Assembly (NCBI RefSeq): GCF_006345805.1
Contig: NC_042999.1
Location: 104,718,001 to 104,782,000 of the forward strand
From: Octopus sinensis
Lineage: Eukaryota
Length of the DNA: 64,000 nt
Reading direction: 5' to 3'
Shown here: positions 13,453 through 26,482 of the stretch, one piece after another
How positions within the stretch are numbered: position 1 is the first letter of the stretch
How the letters are laid out: each line of letters begins with the position of its first letter
The notes under the pieces: generated by a model
The model's input: only the letters and a program-made list of their open reading frames with translations
What the model was told of the DNA's origin: nothing
The model's database searches: none
Translations under genes and position numbers: made by a program

Positions 13453-14311
13453 CGAGGGGAATCCCAAAAGTAAGGTCTCCAAAGTGCTGGGGACGCAGAG
13501 AAACTGTGCTTGCGGTTATTGGCAACGAAGCTGTGTTTGTTGTGCATGAACTGTGCCTGCCTTTGCGCGTGCCTCGCTGCCACGCCAGTCTCGGCTTGGC
13601 TGTCGTATCTGATGGAGCTCCCGATTGCCGCTACGGCTAAGTGTGAAGTTCGTGCAGTTATTCGGTTTTTGAACGCAAAAGGCATTAAACCAATAGAAAT
13701 TCATCGCCAATTAACGGAAGTGTATGGCATGTTGTGCATGGATGTCAAAAAACGCTCGCAAGTGGTGTAGGGAGTTTGCATCTAGTCGTACTGAAAGTCA
13801 TGACGAAGAAAGAAGCGGGCGACCATCAATTTCCGACGAGACAGTCTCGAAGGATGAGCAAATCCAGCGTGAAAATCGCCGAATCATTCTGGATGATCTC
13901 GGGATTTTGTTTCCTGAGGTTTCCTGAAGTACCATTCATAGGGCTTTGAGTGAAGAGTTGAAATAGCGGAAGCTGTGCGCAAGATGGGTTCCACGAAGAC
14001 CATAAACGGCAACCTACAGTGACTACCACCTGTTTCCTAAGTTGAAAGAACATTTGGCCGGTACGCTCTTCAACACCGATAACGACGTGAAAGATGAGGT
14101 CCAATGTTTTCTCAACGACACGGCGGTGAACTGGTATGGCATGGGCATACAAAACTGCCCCAGCGCCTAAAACAATGCATCGACCAAAATGGCGATTATG
14201 TAGAAAATTAGATAAATGTTCACACTTTAAAATGATGTAAACATCATTGACAATAAACGTTTCTGTGATTTCTAAATATTTTTGGAGACCTTACTTTTGG
14301 GATTTTTTCTC
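13453..14311 (+). mobile_element. Internally deleted mariner
   Basis: TIR core ATCCCAAAAGTAAGGTCTCC at both ends. N-terminus CEVRAVIRFLNAKG...RKLCARWVP is joined directly to DYHLFPKLKEHL...GDYVE, so the catalytic core is deleted. Confidence 0.88.
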
Positions 14312-15016
14312 AAATGTATATAATCAAATTTTTACCTACTGACGAATATACGTACACGTGCAAATATAGCTATAAATACGTGCACATGTTCCTACGCGTA
14401 CGCATGCATAGATATCCTTATCCACTGCATAGTAATACATATTTACATTCTGGTGTGTGTGTCCACTCATACATCCATATACACAAATGCAGCTGTTCAC
14501 AATAGTTATCATAAAGCATGCTACATACAATTACATGCGTACGGCCATATATATAACTATAGAACTTTTAGCTAATTATCGTAGAGGTTGTTGAATATAA
14601 AGCTTGTGCGAGTGTGTGAGTGCGTATGTGTGTGTGCCTGTGTGTGTGCGTGCGTGTTTCTGTAGGTGTGTGTATTCATACACACACGTACAAACATATA
14701 AATACCATTGTTAAGTATCGGTATGAAGTGCAATAGTATACTTAGGCCGACAAAATTATACTTAGGCCGACAAGAGTTTATTCGCCGTGCAGCCTCTTTC
14801 AATTTTGCGCAAACTGTGAAGAGACACGATAGCGGATTTAATGCTGCAAAATGTGCATAGAAAGTAGAGAGAACTCCATATGGCATCGTGGAAGAAAACG
14901 ATTTTCGTTTCAAATATAAGGAGGTAATTTATAACAATGTTTTGCTCTTTCTTATGATTTTAGACAAAAAGTGCTAGCATAGGTTTGAACAGAGATATTA
15001 AGGAATATTTTTAGCG

Positions 15017-15175
15017 TCAGTCTTTACGTTCTGAGTTCAAATTCCGCCGAGGTCGACTTTGCATTTCATCCTTCCGGGGGTCGATAAATTAAGTACCAAT
15101 TGCGTACTGGGGTCGATCTAATCGACTGGCCCCCTCCCCCAAAATTTCGGGCCTTGCGCCTAGAATAGAAAAGGA
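15017..15175 (+). mobile_element. SINE family 2 copy (5' truncated)
   Basis: High identity to 13047-13250. Confidence 0.85.
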
Positions 15176-15241
15176 ATATTTTTGGTAAACCTGTTATAAT
15201 ATACCTTGCTGTTTTCTGTTTTTTGTTGTTCCATCCAATTT

Positions 15242-15308
15242 GGCCTTGTTTAGTTCCTTGTGTCTGTCGTTGTGTAACAACGATAGACACAAAGAACTAA
15301 ATAAGGCT
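15242..15308 (+). other. 67-nt hairpin (31-bp stem), pre-miRNA-like
   Basis: GGCCTTGTTTAGTTCCTTGTGTCTGTCGTTG-tgtaa-CAACGATAGACACAAAGAACTAAATAAGGCT, with 3 G.U pairs and 1 mismatch on the + strand. Confidence 0.35.
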
Positions 15309-15436
15309 CCCTAGTTGTATTGATATTTACACTTCTTGGTTCAGTTGTATCCATTATACATTAACAACTATCTTCGTGAAGGTTGGATTCATTAAAGTTC
15401 TATATATATCAATACTTTATTTCTAATCCTGATTAG

Positions 15437-15580
15437 GTAATTCGATGCTGTTTTAGGCAGTTAAAATATAAGACAAAATTGATAAACAAATAAAAATGAA
15501 TTTAATTCGTAATTCGATGCTGTTTTAGGCAGTTAAAAATATAAGACAAAATTGATAAATAAATAAAGATGAATTTAACT
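15437..15580. repeat. 72-bp tandem duplication (2 copies)
   Basis: GTAATTCGATGCTGTTTTAGGCAGTTAAAA at 15437 and 15509. Confidence 0.9.
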
Positions 15581-16584
15581 TTTCATACAAAACCAAAGAA
15601 ATTTAATATAGGTGTAATTTACAATTACATCACAAAAAATAGTGACTTCATTAACATTATGCAAAATCACACCGTTCATTATCTTCAGCACTCAGCACTG
15701 AATAATCATTTTAATCTCAGGGTAAACGAGATAATCGTACAGATCAACTTATTCTTCACTGCTTCTAACGATACGGTGTATACATTACAATAAGCATCAT
15801 CACTATCATCCCACAGTTATTCGATTTCCATATCAGTTGAAATACTAGAACTTCCATGTTTCTTGAATTATTCAATAATGTCAGTTTTTCTTTCCTTCCA
15901 TGAATTACCGATCCATTTACAGACCCGAGACAGTAAACCTCGCATACAGCTTACTTTCTACTATCATTTTTTCCATTACGAATCTAGTTTACTTCATTTT
16001 ATCAGCACGATGTCACTAAAAGGCTTCTTGATACAAATATCTAATGGTCACTAAAAGAAAACTTGCTAGTTCGTCAGGGTTTACTGCTATGTCAGTATTT
16101 TGTGGTCAAACTTTATAAAGGACACATTCAATAGTTCTGATCGTAGACGAGCAAAGTAATTTACCTCCGTGGTCCACTAGCTTCTAAGCTCAAAATTTCA
16201 TCTCACCACTTTCTACTTATCTTTATCCACGACCTAATGTTTGTATGAATTGAGAATGTGAAAAATTAATTTCCTTACTTTGACAATTAAACGCAGGATA
16301 GTGTGTTGGAGTTAGTTATCTGTAAAGAACTAGAATTGCATTTTACACAAATTACTTATCCGTGGTGCAGAAGAATATAAAGTGGCCAGACAGACTGAAA
16401 TAACACAGTTAAATGAGATTGGATGAGGCTTTAAACAGAAAAGAATATCATTTTAATAATGTTCATAAGGCGAAAGAATAAAATTTTCTTTTATGTTAGT
16501 GTGGTTTTGCATGTATGTGCACCTTAGACAATGCATGTCTAAGCGTCCATGATTGGAAAATAAGAAATTTCAAGGTGTGAATAT

Positions 16585-16830
<246 letters not shown>

Positions 16831-16849
16831 AAACCGTTTTATAAGAACC

Positions 16850-17100
16850 AACGCCAATACTTGTCTAAAGCCAGGTATTTACTCCATCGGTCTCTTTGGC
16901 CGAACCACTAGGTTTCGGGGACGTAAACAAACCAACACCGGTTGTCAAGTGGTGGTGCGAGACAAACACGAACACAAAGACACAGACACACGCGACGGGT
17001 CTTTCTCATTTTTTCAGTTTACCAAATGCACTCACTAGGATTTGGTCAGCCCGAGGATATGGCAGAAAACAGTTGCCCCAGGCGTCACTTCTGTTATTGA
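16850..17100 (-). mobile_element. Diverged family-1 SINE fragment
   Basis: TTTGGCCGAACCACTAGG...GGACGTAAACA...GTTGTCAAG and central block. Confidence 0.7.
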
Positions 17101-17169
17101 CCCATAAATCCAGAGTTTTGACTGAGGAAGCACACACTAAAGACTAAACACTGTAGTGTTTTAAGTCCC

Positions 17170-17700
17170 CTTATATAAATGAATCACGTGCTATGGACAC
17201 ATACGCATGTATGTCGAAAGGGCGGAGGTGTTCTCTGATTACGAAATACAACAATGGTCAGAAAATTATATATATGAATATATATATATATGAGAGGTAT
17301 TGGTATCCAGAAGGTGGCAGGTAACGCTATGTAAGTGCTATGGAAGGACCGTATTTCTATAATGATACGAGTGATGGGTCTAATACTTCACTAATGGGAT
17401 CAACTATAAATTTTAAACAACGATACGCTGCGCATCTCAATTCTTTCAGATACGAGAAACACAGTAAATCCACAACACTCGCCAGTCACATACCTCATTT
17501 CAAAAATAGAAATATTCCCTACATCTTGCCATGGTCATAATAAATTCAGGGCTTCCATACCAAGGTCAACGCTCAGCCTGTAAGTTATGCCTAAAAGAGG
17601 CATTCCACATATTAAAATACAACCCTTCAATACTACTAAATAAATATAACTAGGCCCTAAGTAAATGCAACCACCGCTTTTTCCATAACTTCAAATTTTA
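17170..17700 (+). mobile_element. Penelope-like GIY-YIG endonuclease relic
   Basis: GSTINFKQRYAAHLNSFRYEKHSKSTTLASHI...WS...CKLCLKEAFHILK...CNHR, homologous to the EN at 43800-44150. Confidence 0.8.
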
Positions 17701-17866
17701 CCAGAAATCTAAATGCAACCTAAATAACCACACAGCACATATCCCGAACACCACTTAGGTAATCCCCAAGAAACCTATTTGACTTCCCATTAATTTTTTA
17801 ACTCTCCAATTATATTTTAATTGATTAATACTACATATATGGGCATACATATGCGTATATATATGC

Positions 17867-17897
<31 letters not shown>

Positions 17898-19101
17898 TGT
17901 ATGTATGTATATATATATGTGTGTGTGTGTGTATGTGTGTGTGTGTGTATACCTGTATGTGTACATACGTGTGCATGTATATGTGTATACGCATATATTT
18001 ATAGGTATGCGAGTTTGTGCATATATATCTGTATGTACGTATATTTATGTTTGTATATGCATGTGTATGTATGCATGCGTATGTGTGTATATATATATGC
18101 GTGTATGTGTATGTGTGTATATGTGTATATATATGCATGCAGGCGTGCGAGTTTAAATATACATGTACGCAGGCCTATATTATGATGCATACACACATAT
18201 ATTTACATGCATGCGTGCATATATCGATATACACTTCTTTCTTTCTCTCTGATTCCTCTACCCACAGTACCACATTAGCCAGTAGAATAAACATATAAGT
18301 CTATTTATAGAAACTTGACCGTTCTTACAATTCTTTCCTTCCAATTTGTGGTTTGCTACTCACTTTTGAAACCCCACCACCTATACCTGTTTGTGTACCC
18401 ATCCCTTAATGCCATTCTAGCATATCAATCCACCTCACACACTTCACAGATATTCATTACTTTCATTGTTATCTCTTCCTATCCATCCCCTACTCCTCTC
18501 CTATGCCCCTCATAATATCTTGACCACCAACTAACACTCCTTTTTTCACCGTTTTTCACTTTCTTATACTTTTTCACTTTCTCTTGTTTTAATTTTCTCT
18601 TCCTCTTTCTTTCCTTCTTCTTTTCTCACCTTTTTCCTGTGACCTCTCTTCATTTTAACATCTGTTCTCCCTATCCACTTAATACTACCAATATATTCTT
18701 AAATTTTCATTCACACCACAAGGCCCCTTTGAATGAACAGCACATATAATCTACGTCTCCATACTTTACATACCTATTTCTTTACTACCCACAAGGGACT
18801 AAACACAGAGGGGACAAACAAGGACATACAAAGGGATTAAGTCGATTACATCGACCCCAGTGCGTAACTGGTACTTTATTTATCGACCCCGAAAGGATGA
18901 AAGGCAAGGAAGCATTTCTACCACTTCTAGACACCGCTTCCCATGGATAATAGAACTGAAACTATAACATTTTTATACAATTCTATTTTTATTTCTACAT
19001 TCATTCTCCTATTTTACTATATACTCCTTATTTGCTTCCTTTTCCAAAATAACTCCTCATATTGAACTCCAATATTTCCCTCTATTTAACCATCGCACAT
19101 C

Positions 19102-19149
19102 GTCTCTTATGAAGGAATATCCGTAATATCCCAGAAACAGCTGTAAGAC
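19102..19149 (+). ncRNA. Mutated hammerhead ribozyme
   Basis: GTCT-CTTATGA-AGGAATA-tccgtaa-TATCCC-A-GAAAC-AGCT-GTA-AGAC. Stem I GTCT/AGAC and palindromic loop III are kept, but core G5 is mutated to T. Confidence 0.5.
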
Positions 19150-20929
19150 TAACTTCCTCTAAATATCCTGAAAATTCCACACGGCCTTGGCTTTGTTGTC
19201 TCATTTTATTTAACACACACACACACATATGAATAAGTATAGTTCAAATTTACTGAAAACAAAAGACGAAGACAGGTGTAGGAACAACAAGCAGGTGTAT
19301 TAGTTTAACCTCCGGAAGAATGGAAAACTCTTTTACGTTTCGAGAGTAAGGATTAAGAGGGAAAAAATGGAGAGACAATGAAAAAAATATAATGGAGAGA
19401 GAAAGAAATGTGTAGGGGAAAATAACATCGTTGAACACGATGTTATTTTCTCCGAATTATTAATTTACATTATCTGATTAGGAATGGAACAAACTGGTAT
19501 TTGTTTTTACTGACATACCGTATGAGTAAGTATATGAGCATGACGGCAAATAAAAGTATCATGATGTGTTCAAATATAACCACTAATTGAATGATAATTT
19601 TTGTGTGTTAATGTAGCTATTAAAGAAAAAAGTGCATGAAATATATGCATACATGTAATTTTTCAAATGTATAGAAAAATATTTGTATAGCAAAAACAAA
19701 TGCCAAGTAAAATAATAACATTTAAAGTATAAGTATGTGCATCATTATATGATTTTGAAATAGAATTTGAATTAGACATTCTCAGGTGTGCCACAGTAGT
19801 CGTGATTGCTGATAATTCTTTTCTCCTGTCTGTGTTCCAGTAAATAAGTTTGCATATGCATTTATGCATACAGAAGCAAGTTTATGCATGTGAAGTGAGA
19901 TACGTCTTCAATATTTGTTGTGAGCAATAAACCATAAAGCTATATTTATTAACTATTGTATTGACTTATGGAGACTTCCACGCCTCATTGCCTAATAGTT
20001 CCGCCAAGAATCTATTTCTAGCTTTATTTTTTCTTTTGACCATGTTTCATCGATTAACAAAGTTTTCTGTTTCTAGTTATTTTGCCGAATCAAACTGTTA
20101 AAAATATTTTATATTTATTTAAGTTATATACTCGAATTTATCTTAACTTTCTTTTATTGATGTCACTGCACTCGATTGCAGATATAAAAATAAGAATATA
20201 TTAATATACGGTACACAATGTAATTTTTGCTGATAAACATAAATGTGCAAATTATTCCCGAATGCTCAAAATATATTTACACAAATACAGATGCGCCAAC
20301 ATATACGCACGTATGTACTTATGTGATAGCTATACATGTAGTTTATCACTTAATCGATAATAAAGATTCTTTGCTTCACTAAAATTCGTTTTCTTGTTAA
20401 ATTAACTACATACTCTATGTCAGCCAATTATCAGATTGCAACTTTTGCATCGCCGAATTCTGTAAATTGAATGTTTGTTGGAATGGTTTCCAAACTTTTG
20501 TAGTTCAGCACTTATTTTCACGGATTATTTCTTCTCTTATGTGCATCTTTCTAGATATTTGCATAGACTAATGCTGCCGTGTTAAATTTTTATGAAAATT
20601 AATAAAGAATGCAAAAATGTCTATATATCAAAATTATAGTGGATCTTGCCGTATCATCAGCTGTTTCTGCTCATCAATATCATAGTTGTTTGATTCATAG
20701 TTTTACCCAATAAGCATTTAAATTAGATATATAAATATTAAATTTACTAGAAATAATTTTTCCTATATATATATATAATGGACTCTCCCGTCTTTAGACG
20801 ACGTATGAGGGTTCGACAATTTCTTACCGAACAAGCACACACACAATTTGTTTATAGTGATCAAATGTTTGTACAGACATAAGCTCATTTCCTCTATCAG
20901 ATCGACATTACCTGCATAGGTCCAATGGG

Positions 20930-21071
20930 TGCCACATGTCAGATTTGGTCGCAGTGCAACGTGAAATGAAGTGCTTTGCAAAAGAGTGCAACGCAAAGCT
21001 CGATCTGGGACTCGAACCCACGATCTCGTAATCGAAAGTGCAACACCCTAACCACTAAACCATGCACCTTC
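20930..21071 (-). mobile_element. tRNA-headed SINE family 3 fragment
   Basis: Minus-strand head GTGAAGGTGCATGGTTTAGTGGTTAGGGTG...GGTTCGAGTCCC. A related fragment lies at about 255-425. Confidence 0.7.
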
Positions 21072-21673
21072 ACAATATGTATATACATAAATATGTGTGT
21101 GTGTATCAAAATATAAATAAATCTATGACTCTTCTAAATTCTCAGTGTTCTAATGGGGTCTGGCTGTTTGTTGCTACCATGAGAGTTCACCACGTTCTCA
21201 TAGAAGCCCTACTATTTATTTTGAAAAGCAACAAGTCTAGAGCCTCTGAAAGTCTCTAATGTACCAACGAAAGTTAACCGTGATGATGGTGCATTGGCTA
21301 AGAATTATAAGTAGCGAGAAGAAGTGTTGTTTGTGTACAAACACATTCGTACTAACACGCGTACAAATATGTGTATCGATATATATGTGTGTGTGTATTT
21401 GTGTGGGTGCTATTATTATGGAGAAACACTACGTTACTGCTTACATGTTGATGAATTGAATTTTGAATCGGTTCTTTTGTGTCCTATTATTTTGGATGCG
21501 CATTTATACATATGTGTCTGCATATATTCTCATTGCACTTGAATTTATTTATTTTGTCACTTAGAACAGAACATGTACACCTTTATTAAACTGAAACGCT
21601 GTACTATTTCGGACATTGTTCTATAGTTTAAAACCGTAGAAACTAAAGTCAATGCTAAAGTTTAAGCATTTAC

Positions 21674-21675
<2 letters not shown>

Positions 21676-21772
<97 letters not shown>

Positions 21773-21792
21773 CATCTATCCATCTATCTATA

Positions 21793-21870
<78 letters not shown>

Positions 21871-21880
21871 CCTATCTATC
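21676..21880. repeat. (ATCT)n tetranucleotide microsatellite
   Basis: Direct inspection. Similar tracts at 5356-5440, 42600-42700 and 54545-54640. Confidence 0.95.
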
Positions 21881-23234
21881 TGTCTGTCTGTCTGTCTCTC
21901 TACCTGTCTGTGTGTATGTCTGTTTGCCTGACTACCTGTCTGTCTATATATGTTTACCCGTCTGTGTGTCTGTCTAAAAGTTACCGTTTGTACGTGATTT
22001 GTATGAATATACGCAGTGAGGTATGAGTATTTTATTTAATGTCGAATGTATATATGTATATTATCATCATTGTATACATAGTGCTCTTACCGTCTTGTTA
22101 TTTATTTGAGCAAGTTCTTAATATATGTACCTTTGCATATATACGTAAAAAATGAAACAAGTAACCAAGCAAACAAGTCACATATTCACTAAAGCCATAC
22201 ATTTATGCACAAATGAACACAAACGACCCACACTATTTTACATCACATAACATTCATAAGAGCTTATCTTTAGCATTTTTTTTTTCAGTAACAATTTTGC
22301 GTCTTTCATTTGAATATCAATTTACTAACTAAATTTCCACTTTCTTTTGAAGAAATCATAAACTTTTAGATTGAAATATTTTTCATCACAGAAAAGTAAA
22401 TGTGTTATGAGCTCATTCCACTTTTTATGGTTTGAATGCGACGTTATATATACATTTTTTGTAACTAATTTGACGCTAATATTAAGCCAGCGAAATAAAA
22501 TTGAAGTTATTGACAGAATCAAAGAGATTTGTGTTTTGAAGTCTGGTAGAGTTGGCACCATAGAATACAGTCGCCTTAAATTCTAAACGCCTCCCTCCTC
22601 ATTTATAGTTTCGATTGCTTCGATGATTAACCCCTTAGCTGCATTCATTTTGTGCAATTTTTTTCTTATCCGATTGCAATACATTTCTGTATAACACTGG
22701 AAGGCTTAAAGAGCGTGAGTTAAGTTCCGGTTTCGAAACTATTTTATTTCCCCCCACCCCCAAAAAGGTAAAAAAAAAAGACTAATGGGAGAAGCATATG
22801 AACGCTTCTCTTCAAAAATTAAGAAATATTTAGCTTATGTTTAGTAGAAACAGAGTAAAGGAAATTTGAATTGAAGATGTGTCATAATTTATTTTGCTTG
22901 AATCACCGATTTATTGCTGTTGTTTATATCTTTTTCCGGTATACACTCGCACACATACACATGTATATACATACACATGTATATGCATTCACAAACATAC
23001 ATATATATACATACTCTCACACACATAACATACATACTTCTTCAGAGTTTCTGTCTACGAAATCTCCCTCAGAAACTTATGGTAGAAGCTTTATATGGTA
23101 GCAGGAACTTGCTCAAATTGTCGCGTAGTAGGATAAACACGGGAATTATGTAATTGTGAAGCAAAATTATTGTTTTTACCACAGCCATGCATGACTATAA
23201 CTAACCGAAAAATAAATTATATGGTTCTTTCTAG

Positions 23235-23250
23235 CTGGATCATTAATGAG
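23235..23250 (+). CDS. 16-nt coding microexon of the Kunitz-domain gene (C TGG ATC ATT AAT GAG = x-WIINE, phase 2 to 0)
   Basis: CTAAC branch-like motif at 23201, acceptor ggttctttctag, consensus donor GAG|gtaagt. It ends in phase 0, matching the next exon. WIINE-VSG-Q reads like a signal-peptide c-region. Confidence 0.6.
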
Positions 23251-23779
23251 GTAAGTTGTAAGCTCTTAAAAATGTCATGTCGGTGAACCAATTTCAGTTT
23301 TATGTTGGACTCGTTTCACTTAACTTCATTATTATAGTCATGAAGGTTAATGCAACTTGTTTGCACTCCCCTGTACCTGTTTGAAAACAACCAATATTTC
23401 GCAATAGAAAACAAGCTATCACTCTGACCTAACCTATTTTCTTGATCTATCGAATAGTCTTGCCATTGTACGAAGAACGTTCATTTCTGTTCTCATTGTT
23501 GGTTTTTGCAAGCTAAGAATACAACTGTTATTTTCCAGTACATGTACCCTTCTGATAATTTAGTTTCAGAAACAGGAAAAGTACCTAACAATTATTTTTG
23601 TCTATCGGACATTGTGTTTGACAAAAAAATTGTGCTTCATTTTGTATCTAAATCAAAATTAAGCTGACATTAATGGAAGGGCATTAATAAAAAAAACAAA
23701 ACAATTAAGCACAGTAACTATACAGCCCCACCAAAAAAAGATGTTCGAAAATTTAAAAACAAAGAATTGTTTCAATAAA

Positions 23780-24450
23780 ATTTGGCCAGAGGTGGTTTAC
23801 TTGGTCGGTCTACTTGAAAACTCTGAATTCTAAGGACGTCTTCATATTCTCGCATAAACATATTAGCAGTTATAAGAAAACCCGCAGAAAAATAAAACGA
23901 TTGTATTTGGGAAGTTTCATGTGAAATCCGAAGATCCAACATACATCAACATGAGTGTACTGATAATGAATTAAACTATATATGATTCATTGTGTAAAAA
24001 GAATTCTTTGGTGTTTAGTGTTATTTCATCGACGTCGACAATCTCCTATTCTATATTCGTTAATCCCAATAGTTCTTTATTGTACTGACTGCTTAAGTTA
24101 ACTAGTTTCAGCAAGATTCATAACAATCTTTTCGCTTGAACATACTGATGATTCTATTTTGTCCAAGTTATTTCTCAGCCAAGTAGATCTATGAGTAAGT
24201 GAATCTCATTTCCTATTATGTTATTTCCATCACTACTAAGACAGTACAGTCTAATATGACAGAAATTACTGTATAATTTCTAAAAGTACCATCTACTACG
24301 TAGATAATTTCATAGTTGGTTTGAAATATTCACCACTGAACAAGGTATAATTTGGTTTCTCCTGATAAATAGACCAATTAAGAATTCCTTAATATTGCTA
24401 TTGCCTCATTTCGTTCTTGATATGATTAACAAATTTAAAGTAATTTTCTG
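23780..24450 (-). mobile_element. Highly decayed Penelope-like RT relic
   Basis: Only faint motifs remain (TVLVVMEIT, NTKEFFLHNESY, ANMFMREYE), with many stops. Confidence 0.35.
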
Positions 24451-24570
24451 AAAATCTATTCCTCATTTGCAAAGGGTTAACATTTTATCTATTCACACAT
24501 TATAACAGACATATATTATCAAAATTCAAGAGGCTTACTGGTATGTTCTCCATATATATATATATAATAT

Positions 24571-24620
<50 letters not shown>

Positions 24621-24800
24621 TGTATTTTACCTTGTTAACAATTAACACGGATAAATTAAATGAATAGTTACCAGGGCAGCAAAAATCTCACAAGTAAAGC
24701 TGTTGTAACTCCTTGTATATAAAGGTTGAAACTTCGTGTTTACGTTGAATATTTGAATAATATGAATAAAAAATGGAGTTAACGAAGGTTTAAACAAGTA

Positions 24801-24897
24801 TTTTCACTTTCTACATATGTTTCAAAAATTCCACTGATACTTATTCAAAAGAATAAAAGGTATAAACAATGCAATCTTCTCTTCGGGAAAGTGAAAA
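24801..24897 (-). ncRNA. Degenerate hammerhead ribozyme, same long-stem-II architecture as 43123/47050
   Basis: Minus strand: TTTTCACTTTC-CCGAAGA-GAAGATT...AATTTTT-GAAAC-ATAT-GTA-GAAAGTGAAAA. Perfect 11-bp stem I and palindromic loop III. U4 is mutated to C, and the stem II closing pair is G.U. Confidence 0.7.
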
Positions 24898-25089
24898 AAC
24901 GAAACTTGTCAATACGACATTTTAGCAAAAAATGATGGATTCGTATAGCGATAGACAGAATGCTATTAATATTGTTTAAAAAAACGTTATATGATATAAC
25001 GTCATAAGTAGCTAACAGAAAGAGTAGGGATATTAATAGTGAATGTTAAATATAAAGGAAATTAAAGTCTAAACTATATATAATGATAG

Positions 25090-25510
25090 AGACTACTTAT
25101 ATTCACTAAAAGTATGCTTCTGCCAATGCTTACATCTGTATGCTCGTTCTATAACCGTGTTTACTAGAGTATTTTTAGAAAAAATAATGAAAAATAGCTC
25201 AGAATTGCAGAGAAGACAGAATTTCTTGCCTTTGTCATATGGTATCATAAACCGTTGACCAATCTTAAGTACATTAGCAAATTTAGTAATCATCCTGGAG
25301 CAATTACTAAGAATTTAGTTAAGAATATTTCATTTAGATTATCTAAATTATCTGCTAATGTTGATATTTTCAATAATAACGCTGAATTCTATAACTCTGC
25401 CTTAATCAAAGCAGGTTATACAGAAAAAATTTTCTACATTGATTCTGCTCAGTCTAATTGTAAATTCAACAATGTAGATAGGATTTCTAGTCGTAATAGA
25501 ATTATTGATA
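25090..25510 (+). mobile_element. Penelope-like RT thumb fragment related to the 43-47 kb element
   Basis: TNLKYISKFSNHPGAITKNLVKNISFRLSKLSANVDIFNNNAEFYNSALIKAGY closely parallels TNLKYVSVFSNHAKTVTDNLVKNISLRLSGLSASADIF...AEFYNAALSKAGY at 45-46 kb. Confidence 0.85.
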
Positions 25511-25519
25511 ACAAACATA

Positions 25520-26210
25520 ACTTACGCACCGATACAAAGCGAATGAAGGCAGATAACCCTTATTTATTCCCCTATTACCGATCTAAAAGTAAATATAACA
25601 CCTTCAGTGAAACCCAAGGAACAACCGAAAATGTAGGTTATGCCATTTTTATGTGGCCGATCTGACACATGTCATTAGCAGCTGCCCCAAATATATCACC
25701 AAGGTACTACCTCCCTACGAGAAACGATATTGTCACAAAAGCAATATACAATACCATTCAAAAAAAGGACTGTCCTGGAATAAACGTAGAAAATATCCCT
25801 GCTATGGAATACTAACAAAAACATGAACACAAGGAATACAGCTGGAACACTGTCAAGTGTAAACGTCAAGCGTAAACATAACACGCCGGATATTGCTATT
25901 TGGGGCACACTAGAAAAAAGCAAGTAACGTTATAGAGGTCTGGCTTTGGTGATGTGAATATCTCCTTGAGAATCAAAGAGAAAGAGGATAACTATGGACA
26001 ATTGCTTCAAAATCTCCTACCTGTATATTCATATTATAAATTCACATTTATACCAATAATAACTGGTGCACTCTGTTTTGTGAGCAAAGGCTTACGTGAC
26101 AATCTAGATAAGCTATGGCTTCCAGAAAAAGAAATCCACCAACTAATTCGCAGGTCATAGATATAATCTTTAAGTAAAAATATGCAAGACTTTACCCAAG
26201 TTTAAAATGT
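25520..26210 (+). mobile_element. 3' fragment of a CCHC + RLE non-LTR retrotransposon (CRE/NeSL/R4-like), intronic
   Basis: Frame-broken CRLCHFYVADLTHVISSCP, HNTPDIAIW, DVNISLRIKEKEDNYGQL and FTFIPIITGAL. Confidence 0.75.
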
Positions 26211-26431
26211 GACATTGCTTTTGTTATCTACATTCCATCGACGAAGATGTATATCTTTGTTAGAAACCAGCTCCTAGTGATTTAAAATATAATCGGTTTC
26301 GATGTATCCATCTTATCAGATATCAAAAATAATTTTTTTGGAAGTCAAAGAGGAGAAAATATTACGGGTTAACAGTTTGTAGACATGTTCTTAGTTCTTA
26401 TATACATGTTCCATTTTTGTTTCTGCTTTAG

Positions 26432-26482
26432 GTGTCTGGACAAAGATATAGTCGAGGAGAAGCTGCGAAGAAGAAATGTGAG
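26432..26482 (+). CDS. 51-nt coding exon of the Kunitz-domain gene (VSGQRYSRGEAAKKKCE, phase 0 to 0)
   Basis: Acceptor ttttgtttctgctttag, donor GAG|gtaagt, open in frame 0. It supplies the first Cys of the 4-Cys module that the next exon completes. Confidence 0.8.

Noticed and set aside
14864-14924. Possible exon KVERTPYGIVEENDFRFKYKE ending GAG|gtaatt
   Set aside because: The acceptor has no pyrimidine tract, and phase 0 does not fit the phase-2 start of the microexon.
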